Assembly (NCBI GenBank): GCA_024704765.1
Contig: JAKMXF010000300.1
Location: 1-64,000, forward strand
Origin: Oopsacas minuta
Lineage: Eukaryota > Animalia > Porifera
Length of the DNA stretch: 64,000 nt
Direction: 5' to 3'
Below are positions 1 to 8,934 of this stretch, one piece after another. Numbering within the stretch: position 1 is the first letter of the stretch; every line of letters starts with the position of its first letter. The notes beneath the pieces are model-generated. The model was not told where the DNA came from and made no database searches. It was given only the letters and a program-made list of their open reading frames with translations. The translations under genes were made by a program, and so were the position numbers.

Positions 1-456
1 TGTAGGGTAATGTAGGGTAATGTAATGTAGGGTAATGTAGGGTAATGTAGGGTAATGTAGGGTAATGTAGGGTATTGTAGGGTATTGTAGGGTATTGTAG
101 GGTAATGTAGGGTAATGTAGGGTAATGTAGGGTAATGTAGGGTAATGTAGGGTAATGTAGGGTATTGTAGGGTATTGTAGGGTATTGTAGGGTAATGTAA
201 TGTAGGGTAATGTAGGGTAATGTAGGGTAATGTAGGGTAATGTAGGGTAATGTAGGGTAATGTAGGGTATTGTAGGGTATTGTAGGGTAATGTAGGGTAA
301 TGTAGGGTATTGTAGGGTATTGTAGGGTATTGTAGGGTAATGTAGGGTAATGTAGGGTAATGTAGGGTAATGTAGGGTATTGTAGGGTATTGTAGGGTAT
401 TGTAGGGTAATGTAATGTAGGGTAATGTAGGGTAATGTAGGGTAATGTAGGGTATT
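1..456 (+). repeat. 10-bp tandem array (TGTAGGGTAA / TGTAGGGTAT, about 45 units), telomere-like satellite
   Basis: Direct reading. Two unit variants occur in blocks, with three 5-nt TGTAA stutters at 21-25, 196-200 and 411-415. The array ends at ...ggtatt 456 and is cut by the window start. Confidence 0.97.
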
Positions 457-549
457 CGTTGTCACTAAATTCAAAAGAATGAATAAGGGGAAAATTCCAA
501 AAAATGTTTTTAAAATATTCCAAATCTACTCAAGTTTAGAAAGGCCTCA

Positions 550-970
550 CTTTTTAGAGCTCGCTTTCGCTCCGCTTCTCCCTGAAAAAGGAGCGACGCT
601 CCCACCTTCTCCCCTTGCTCAGAAAGTACTGCACTCCGGCTCCCGCTCCAGGAAAAATGGAACGAGCTCCAATAAAGCTCCATTTTCATTCTTTCAGATT
701 TACATTAGACTTGGATTTTAGATCATCAGAATTGAGTTTACCGTTGTACAATTATGAAATTACTAAATATGCAACGTCAAACCATTCAATAAATTGTGAA
801 TTATACAAAAGTGTCCCGTCATCCACTTTTTATAGCAAGAATACTGAATTTTATGCAGAATAACCATGAAATTTGTAAATTGTTTGCAATTAAATAGGAG
901 CGCGTTCCAGTGTGTGCGATCCTTCAAAAAGGAGCACCGCTCCATCTTCCGCTCCTGGTCCCGCTCCTTT
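550..970. repeat. GCTCC/GGAGC motif-rich degenerate element (probable DNA-transposon/MITE remnant)
   Basis: About 12 GCTCC/GGAGC motifs in two GC-rich clusters (550-680 and 895-968) around an AT-rich core. No intact TIR or TSD seen. Confidence 0.4.
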
Positions 971-1044
971 AATGCTTTGCAATTAAATCTTAAACTCAGA
1001 GTATTTCAGTAAGGCTGTGACATAGAAGAGGTCATATTAATATA

Positions 1045-1298
1045 CAGTAGAACTCGGTTAAGACGTACTAGCTTGGGAAACAATAAAAAGTACGTATTAA
1101 CCGAGTACGAATTAACCGAGTACGATTCAATACATTTTGTCCTTTTGGGAGGAATAATTTAGTACGTCTTATCCGATTGTACGTCTTAACCGAGTACGTC
1201 TTAACCGAATCATTTATAATGGATCAGATAGGAGAAAATTTCGGTTATTGGAGACAAGTACGTCTTATCCGAGAGTACGTCTTAACCGAGTTCTACTG
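1045..1298. mobile_element. MITE, Tc1/mariner-pogo (Tigger-like) type
   Basis: Perfect 25-bp TIR CAGTAGAACTCGGTTAAGACGTACT (1045-1069 / 1274-1298), TA target duplication on both sides, and internal repeats of AGTACGTCTTA(A/T)CCG. Confidence 0.92.
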
Positions 1299-2029
1299 TA
1301 ATTATGAAACAAACAATTGAATTAGTGTATATTATTGTGTCAGTTCACCAGTTCGTGTTAGAATATCATTTCCATATTTATTTAAATAAAATGCTATAAC
1401 ATATGTTACTTTTGAAAAACAATAAACAATTTCAGAATATTTAATTCAATTTTAGGATAGTAACACAATTCGAGAAATAATCAATTGTCAAAACAGTGGG
1501 AAGTACTCATCAATCTTAATATAGGTATAAAACTGATGTTAGTAATCCTCTTCAATCCATACTGTAACATATCTTTACTACTTTAAAGGACAGTCACAAA
1601 TGGATAATAGCCAATCTACTATAACGTCAGGAAATGAGAAAAACCTGTTGCAAAATATCAAGAAGAAAAAATGTGAAGGCACTTCATACTTATAACTGAG
1701 GTTTTGAGTGACACACAAGACATCGAGGAACAACCCGTTTGTTAGAGTTGACGAAATTATCTCTCACCACCCTCCTCTGTCAGCTATCCCAAAAGAAGTT
1801 GCATTCCAATACCATATTGTTGCTGCTGGTGACAAGAGGTACATGGGTGTTCGCGTGTTAGCAATGGAAATTCGGCGAAATTCTATTGCTAATAGGTGAA
1901 CTCCGCTGTAGCTTTATACTGGACAGAGGATAGCCTGTCATTTTAAGAGACACAATCATGTAGCAGATTCGCGTTACAGTTTTACTGAAATTATAACTCA
2001 AGTAGAGCATATGATTTCTGAACTTATCA

Positions 2030-2210
2030 GAATACATTTACATGTCACATGTACAGGGAATTAATCCTGCTCCTTAGTTACCAGAAGAGAAATTGTAATG
2101 CAAGTTGTAGATACATACTTCATTTGTTTGGAAGGACACATAATGACATTGTTATTAGTGACTGGACAGCTGACAACATCAAAGTATTCTCTCAAACTCT
2201 TTAACAAAGG
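2030..2210 (+). pseudogene. Degraded NHL-repeat gene fragment
   Basis: Frame-shifted translations SLVTRREIVMQVVDTYFICLEGH and HNDIVISDWTADNIKVFSQ resemble NHL blade motifs. Stops and frameshifts are present. Confidence 0.5.
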
Positions 2211-2323
2211 TTAAAATCAGCTAATATTAATATTTACTAATATATATGCTTGTATACAAATCGTGTTCTAAATGCTACGGGGCTGAGACAAGAAGTATAT
2301 TCTGATGTTCGTATCTTTATTAA

Positions 2324-2944
2324 TTAATTCAATAAAAATATTCGACTAAACATATCTTTGAAGAACTGAAATGCAACTTCAAACAAATGAATCGCAGAAT
2401 TGCGAGAAGTACGGCGATTCTCAATTTCAGTTTGTCTGTCAATACAAGCCATAGAAAACATTTTGAATTCAGGATAATCCAGTTCTTCATCCCCAGTCAC
2501 ATCAAATTCTGAAAACAGTTCTCTTAGTGCTTTTCCATGGAAATTGAACAGAAATGAAAATGTCTCAAATTCCTTTGCACTAATACTACCACTCCCATCT
2601 TCATCAAGAATGTCAAATACAGTGCGGGAATGATGGAAAATAAACTGTTTCTGTTCATTATCTCTGACTGCGATTAGAATACAAATGAGAACATAAAATT
2701 CATCGAAATCTAACAGGCCTGATCCGTCCGTATCTAACATATCGAATACTTTATTAATCTGTTTCTGAGTCAGATCTGTACACAACTGCATGAAACCTTT
2801 AAACTGGACATCATCTATAGCATTTTCGTGACGTAGATCCATGAGTATGAATAGTTCATAAATGAGAAATACATCTTTAGCTGATAACAAACTATAGTGC
2901 TTGTCTAAGTGTAGTTGTGATAGAAACTTTGAACGAATCTTCAT
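2324..2944 (-). CDS. EFCAB9: EF-hand calcium-binding protein 9 (CatSper-associated Ca2+/pH sensor family), 206 aa, intronless
   Basis: Matches recalled EFCAB9 throughout: L.LDK.Y.LLS, QINKVFDMLD, DFDEFYVLICIL, F.F.HSRTVFDILD, FLFN, ELF.EFDVTGD..L.Y.EFK. Confidence 0.88.
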   Translation of the reverse strand: MKIRSKFLSQLHLDKHYSLLSAKDVFLIYELFILMDLRHENAIDDVQFKGFMQLCTDLTQKQINKVFDMLDTDGSGLLDFDEFYVLICILIAVRDNEQKQFIFHHSRTVFDILDEDGSGSISAKEFETFSFLFNFHGKALRELFSEFDVTGDEELDYPEFKMFSMACIDRQTEIENRRTSRNSAIHLFEVAFQFFKDMFSRIFLLN

Positions 2945-3020
2945 GATAGATAATTCAAAACGTATATTCCGCGGAATTTATAATAAGTTAGAAATAATTG
3001 TCACAATGAACATCAGATGT

Positions 3021-4033
3021 TTGGTAATCAGAATTGCTATCAAATTTTGAATTGATTGTAGTATTCATTTTTACTTTCACTCCTTAAACCCTGCAATGAA
3101 TTCCAGCTCTTAATCATAATCGGTGTGGGCTATAGATCGGATACGGTAAAACAAACAAAACTGCACTGAGATCAATACTGAGCAATATTACACTTAAGTA
3201 TTTGCACAATAAATTTGCATTGAAATATTCCGCAAATTTTTCTTATTGTTGCATATTATAGTAATAATAAGAATAATCTATAGTAATTGTATTTTAAAGA
3301 AAATATTTAGAATGCCTCTCTGTCATCTTTATACTAACATCGCCAGGAATGACATTCCGAAAGACTTCACCAAAGAGTTCATCAAAATAATTTCTGATGC
3401 TCTTGGTAGACCTAATGCACATGTAACTCTAACTATAATTCCAGATTGTATCATGACAACCTCTTGTACAGACGGGCCTTGTGCTCAGCTTTCAGTGACA
3501 GGAATTGACTTACCTCTAGAAGCTGAGAGTGGAAAGTACATTGCAGCAATAGACACCTTCGTTTCTAAGATGCTGAATATTCCGCTTGATAGAGTTGTTA
3601 TCGTGTTGTCTTCTGTTAAGCCTTATGAAAGTGGAATAGGGGATAAATCATTAGCCCAACTGAAAGCTGAAGCAGACAAAAAAGACTGAGCAACAATTAT
3701 AATAGAATAATAGCGAACACTAGCTCTATATTATTATATATTTAATCTATTCTATATTTAGCCTTGTGTCCATAAATAGGTATTAGTCCTCCTTAGACGG
3801 TTAATTTGTATATATTTTCCTTAAATATTCAAATGAATGTAACCTTCATTCGGCTTTATGCGTTTCGAGACTATCTTAATCTGTTCTGCAGTTTCAAAGT
3901 ATTCCTAGAGATTTAACGGTGAAATGACATCCAATGAAAAGTATAATCTACTTGAATTGGATTACTATTAGTTATCAGATAATTCTAAACTATGGAGGTA
4001 TCACTATGTATGTACCATGAACCATGACATAAA
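3021..4033 (+). repeat. Segment A, arm 1 of a 1013-bp inverted duplication (partner 7922-8934)
   Basis: Reverse-complement match end to end. The MIF CDS looks identical, with about 6 SNPs in the upstream part. Confidence 0.95.
3312..3689 (+). CDS. MIF: MIF / D-dopachrome tautomerase family protein, copy 1 (125 aa)
   Basis: Met-Pro1 start, LG(R)P, PCAQLS (DDT-like), LNIPLDRV. The true start is the ATG at 3312 (Pro1 is catalytic); the ORF-track start at 3246 is an upstream TTG. Confidence 0.93.
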   Translation: MPLCHLYTNIARNDIPKDFTKEFIKIISDALGRPNAHVTLTIIPDCIMTTSCTDGPCAQLSVTGIDLPLEAESGKYIAAIDTFVSKMLNIPLDRVVIVLSSVKPYESGIGDKSLAQLKAEADKKD

Positions 4034-4942
4034 TATTCAATTCCATCTCTTCACTAAATCTTGGTGAGAGTCATAACTCATCATAAAATATGTAGTTTGG
4101 CTAGTTTCCGTCTTTCTGGGATATTTTACTGTTATAATTACGTTAACGATTCTGTGAATAATTTCATTACCAATCATTTGCACCCAATCTAATATTAGAG
4201 GGAACTCAAATTCAGATATTGTAGGTTTAGCGTAGCTTCTATACATAAAGAGGGTAACTATATACTTATTCGAATAATTTTAATAATCTGCCAGTCCCAT
4301 GAATTAAGTTAAGATCTCAAAAAGGCAATATATAATGGTTCAAACAATCTTTGAGTTTTCAATTTGGGATCGCGTTATGAAATTTTGGGATTGAAAACTC
4401 CTAGAACATTGCATAGAACCTTAAGGCAATTCCCAAACTTTTGAAACTACAAAATATTGAAAAATAGTAATTATTACAAAATAACATACTTGATATCAAA
4501 TTGACAAATTCAGTAACTGAATTACTTATCGACGAACAAATAATATTTATGTATCAGGCATACTTTCACATTGTATAGAATTTGTAATCAAATATCCAAA
4601 TTGATAATACGTTCATACTAGTAAAATCAATGATGAAATACAGCACATGGAATGTACTAGTAAATCGATGAGTCATTATACACCCACAAAGTTTACCCAC
4701 GAGGATATTTTGATTCAAAGTGGGGTAAAATACCAAAATATTTCAGATGAAATATCTAAAGTTTGAAATGCTAATTTCTTGTCAAAATACTAGTTTATTC
4801 TATCTTGATATCATGTTCAGGTTTATCTCAAAAGTTCCTGCCAATGCCAAAATCTAAGAACTATGTTCTTGATTTGGCAACAATGAACCTAATCCCTAAC
4901 ATGCTATTGAATTGTATATATTAAGGTGAATTATTCACTCTA

Positions 4943-5100
4943 GAAAAAATCATATCTGAGGTGTAAATTTCCGATTTAAAATGTGTACCAAGTTCATGTT
5001 AATCGGACTGCTAGATTTTGTACAGGCGTGCAGACGGAGATAAGGACGTCATACATCGTCCAGACCATTAGGGAATCTCCCTATAAGAGTTGCACTAAAA
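4943..5100. repeat. Dispersed repeat family member (Helentron/HINE-like, tentative)
   Basis: Shares GAAAAAATCATA..GAGGTG.AA.TCCGAT.TAAAATG ... TAATCGGACT..TAGATTT ... TATA.GAG.T.CACTAAAA with 9740-9897 and 16563-16665, and more weakly with ~30940-31091. Confidence 0.6.
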
Positions 5101-5594
5101 CGATAACTACAAGTATATCAATAAAAAAAGTGAAATTCATTACACTAAAAAGGAATAATAAGTTTTCTCCTGGAGGGTAATTATATTATAAGTAATCGCT
5201 TGGTGTTCGCCAATGAAGTTTGTTATTCAGTGTTTTTGGTTACTTGAACGAGAAGTTGGCTTTCAGTTTTGCACCCTCTTCCCAATTTATAAGGTTTCAA
5301 ATCATTCTAGTGTATAACTTTATCACGTAGATTATTCAATAGTTAGGAACAAAAGTATCAATACTTAATAGCTACACATAATCTGCTGTTTACATTTTCT
5401 CCCATTACAAAAACCTACTAATTCAAACTGAGCACCCGGCTCGTTTGTACAAGCGATTGTTAAAAGTATAATATCCCATAGCATTGAATATACTCAATTT
5501 GAGTATTCAGAACTCAAGTATTAACAACATTACAATATTATTGCATTAAAGACGATAGATAAAATTCATACAATCCTCATGATATTACAGAAAT

Positions 5595-6737
5595 TCAACA
5601 GTTAAAGAAATGTTTCCTTGCATGTACCTTGAGCCGTGGTTTACTACGATCTCCGTTATAACCTTCATAGATTGGAGTATAACGGATTGGAGTTATTCTA
5701 TTCCTTACAAACTGTGTTGAACACTTCCAAACAATATTCAGGATGAGAGGGGAAATTAATAGGATTATACTAACACAACTAATGAATGGGGCAATATAAT
5801 GGGTAATGTATCTGATACAATTTGTAATACGCGATTTCCAAATATCATCAATTTCTATCGGAATTTTGTAGTTGTAAACAGTTTCAAAATAGCAATCGTT
5901 AACAAACCAAAGCCAGAAGATAGGGTCCGCCAAATTTCCCATCAATACAAAAATCATTATCAGCAAGGCGAATGAGTAGATAATACTGAATACAACATAC
6001 ATCCTATATGAATCTCTGCTCTCCTTGTAATGCATTCGATCCCATTCATAATTCTCAATATCTCTTATTCTAGCTTTCAGAATGTAAACAAGTTGTTTAC
6101 TTTCATATACGAAGTATACCCAGTTGATGAATGCGAGTGATGGAGCAAGTATAAAGAGAAGAGGTAGTGTGTATACTGTACAACAAGCTAATAGAAGAAT
6201 TACTTCAATGCACCAACAGACAGCATACCTTATCAAGGATGTACGAAGCGAATGCACATAATACCGTTTCTTAAGAAATGTAGTGAGGATAGAAATGAGA
6301 CTTATTAAGCTGCATAGCATTATTCCTAGAATTATAGGTAAGAATCTAGATGCTGGATAATGGTAGTAATATCCCAAGGTCGGGTGTACAGAACAATTCA
6401 GTGAAATCATCTGTACTTCTCCTATTACATAAGAATGTTTGATGTTTGTGTTAAAAATTGCAAGATACACAAATGTGTAACTAACCATTATTATCTCATA
6501 TGATAATATGAATATAATGAATAGACTTTTGACCAGAATCGTCTTTTGGTTATACAAAAGTTTGTATTTGACTATTGTATTTATCTGAAATGTATCTAAC
6601 TTGCGAGTGTTTCTAAATTCTCTCAATTGATTCCTGAATTGTTTAATTGTAGCTCCGATATAATATGTTTGGAATAAAAGGAATAATATAATAACTACCA
6701 CATATAAGATATCTTGTAGTTTGTAAATCAATTCCAT
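5595..6737 (-). CDS. Orphan seven-transmembrane protein, copy 1 (380 aa)
   Basis: Seven hydrophobic segments. Basic loops follow TM1, TM3 and TM5; an NCS sequon and Cys lie in the TM2-3 loop. No DRY or NPxxY motif. Confidence 0.85.
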   Translation of the reverse strand: MELIYKLQDILYVVVIILFLLFQTYYIGATIKQFRNQLREFRNTRKLDTFQINTIVKYKLLYNQKTILVKSLFIIFILSYEIIMVSYTFVYLAIFNTNIKHSYVIGEVQMISLNCSVHPTLGYYYHYPASRFLPIILGIMLCSLISLISILTTFLKKRYYVHSLRTSLIRYAVCWCIEVILLLACCTVYTLPLLFILAPSLAFINWVYFVYESKQLVYILKARIRDIENYEWDRMHYKESRDSYRMYVVFSIIYSFALLIMIFVLMGNLADPIFWLWFVNDCYFETVYNYKIPIEIDDIWKSRITNCIRYITHYIAPFISCVSIILLISPLILNIVWKCSTQFVRNRITPIRYTPIYEGYNGDRSKPRLKVHARKHFFNC

Positions 6738-7583
6738 GTTATATATTCAATTGATATTATCAAATTTAACTTTAGTGTCCTTTATATAGTTCATTATTAA
6801 AATAGGTTAATGTATTTGGTATAATTCCCGTATTACATTTCTGGGTTACTCATATATCCAATAGGTATTTGGTAATTACTAATATTTTCAATAAATATTA
6901 CGTACTTCCTTCTTGGTATTAATATGTATATACTTACTACTAAGTTAGCATTAGGTTGTTTAGTTAGGATGCTTTCCCATGGGTTAATTTCTGATATCAT
7001 TCGTTTCAGAATCATAGAAATGCTAAATGGCAGAGAGGGCGAGACAATACAATATTTCCTCGCCGATCGTTCTATATAGATTCTATTATCATTGTTAGTC
7101 CACGAAAGCTTCTACATGGTGTCCTGTATCTATGATACAGGGGCGGTCCCAGGATTGTGCATAGCCCAAGACCAAGATTTCAAACCCGGGGCAAAATCTT
7201 ATCCTATAATGTGGAGTGGTCGTCTTAGGATCTAGCAGAAGCGGTGTCAGAGGTAATCCTGTTACCCTGAACATTATTCACTAGGAAACCCTGTTTCTCC
7301 GAGTGCTTCCCCTTGCAACACTTAGCAACATGTACGCGGGTCAAGTAACTTTCAGTCACCTCGTAGGGCCAAGATCAAACGATAATCCAATGAAAATCAC
7401 ACAGGCTATCTTAATAGTGAGTTAGAAATGCTCATATTCTGGGCTAAAATGCTATCTAGTTAGATAATACAATCTGATCATTTATTTAGCCTTACTAACT
7501 GATTATGATAATATTACGCTACAAAGCCTACAATGCAACTGTACATAAATTTTCAAAATAATGTAGGAGTCACAGATGGTTGG

Positions 7584-7921
7584 TTTGACAACAGCCGGTT
7601 ACTAAATCGAATGTCGCCTCTGATTTGAAATTCATATTGTAACTAGTCTAGTATAACTCAAGGAATAAATACACGCATTAATCATATGTACATACAATAA
7701 TACATAATTACATATTAGCATTACAATTTCTTCTAAATGGGTATTTCAGTATATTAATTTTCTTATCACCATTATGTGAAGCTACTATCAGCATTTGTTG
7801 GTTAGGAAGATATAGGATTCCATGAGAAAATAGTGGAGATGGTATCTTACAAATGTTTCCATCCAAGATTAATGAAATAATATAATGTTCAGGTCCAGAA
7901 TGAGTTGTCAGTAGAAGTGTG
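7584..7921 (-). pseudogene. Duplicated 3' end of the NHL gene at 13784-14689 (last ~70 codons plus 3' flank)
   Basis: 338-bp match to 13660-13997 with about 5 differences, cut off by inverted arm A at 7922. Confidence 0.92.
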
Positions 7922-8934
7922 TTTATGTCATGGTTCATGGTACATACATAGTGATACCTCCATAGTTTAGAATTATCTGATAACTAATAGTAATCCAATT
8001 CAAGTAGATTATACTTTTCATTGGATGTCATTTCACCGTTAAATCTCTAGGAATACTTTGAAACTGCAGAACAGATTAAGATAGTCTCGAAACGCATAAA
8101 GCCGAATGAAGGTTACATTCATTTGAATATTTAAGGAAAATATATACAAATTAACCGTCTAAGGAGGACTAATACCTATTTATGGACACAAGGCTAAATA
8201 TAGAATAGATTAAATATATAATAATATAGAGCTAGTGTTCGCTATTATTCTATTATAATTGTTGCTCAGTCTTTTTTGTCTGCTTCAGCTTTCAGTTGGG
8301 CTAATGATTTATCCCCTATTCCACTTTCATAAGGCTTAACAGAAGACAACACGATAACAACTCTATCAAGCGGAATATTCAGCATCTTAGAAACGAAGGT
8401 GTCTATTGCTGCAATGTACTTTCCACTCTCAGCTTCTAGAGGTAAGTCAATTCCTGTCACTGAAAGCTGAGCACAAGGCCCGTCTGTACAAGAGGTTGTC
8501 ATGATACAATCTGGAATTATAGTTAGAGTTACATGTGCATTAGGTCTACCAAGAGCATCAGAAATTATTTTGATGAACTCTTTGGTGAAGTCTTTCGGAA
8601 TGTCATTCCTGGCGATGTTAGTATAAAGATGACAGAGAGGCATTCTAAATATTTTCTTTAAAATATAATTACTATAGATTATTCTTATTATTACTATAAT
8701 ATACAACAATAAGAAAAATTTGCGAAATATTTCAATGTAAATTTATTGTGCAAATACTTAAGTGTAATATTGCTCAGTATTGATCTCAGTGCAGTTTTGT
8801 TTGTTTTGCCGTATCCGATCTATAGCCCACACCGATTATGATTAAGAGCTGGAATTCATTGCAGGGTTTAAGGAGTGAAAGTAAAAATGAATACTACAAT
8901 CAACTCAAAATTTGATAGCAATTCTGATTATCAA
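7922..8934 (-). repeat. Segment A, inverted arm 2
   Basis: Reverse complement of 3021-4033. It joins segment B copy 2 through a CAA microhomology at 8932-8934. Confidence 0.95.
8266..8643 (-). CDS. MIF: MIF / D-dopachrome tautomerase family protein, copy 2 (125 aa, identical to copy 1)
   Basis: Reverse complement of 3312-3689; no CDS difference seen. Confidence 0.92.
   Translation of the reverse strand: MPLCHLYTNIARNDIPKDFTKEFIKIISDALGRPNAHVTLTIIPDCIMTTSCTDGPCAQLSVTGIDLPLEAESGKYIAAIDTFVSKMLNIPLDRVVIVLSSVKPYESGIGDKSLAQLKAEADKKD

Larger units (their letters stand above)
4185..7580 (+). repeat. Segment B, copy 1 of a ~3.4-kb direct duplication (partner 8932-12329)
   Basis: Collinear match including the 7TM gene, roughly mid-90s % identity by eye, with a ~51-bp indel near 4840/9590. 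Confidence 0.95.

Noticed and set aside
1-456. CRISPR-like interpretation of the repeat array
   Set aside because: No spacers, a 10-bp unit, eukaryotic context and no cas genes.
479-945. Short ORFs 479-721, 615-863 and 763-945
   Set aside because: They overlap a repeat remnant and show no recognisable motifs.
3246-3311. ORF-track N-terminal extensions from TTG/GTG or upstream ATGs (MIF, PAK1IP1, actin-like, NHL-30745, Rab)
   Set aside because: Homology starts at the downstream ATG (MIF needs Pro1), and the extensions run through acceptor-like tracts.
4037-4740. Possible third, decayed 7TM paralogue (FPLILDWV..HRI..VKY; SMCCISSLILL)
   Set aside because: Similarity is limited to hydrophobic pattern and a few residues across many stops; not supportable without a profile search.
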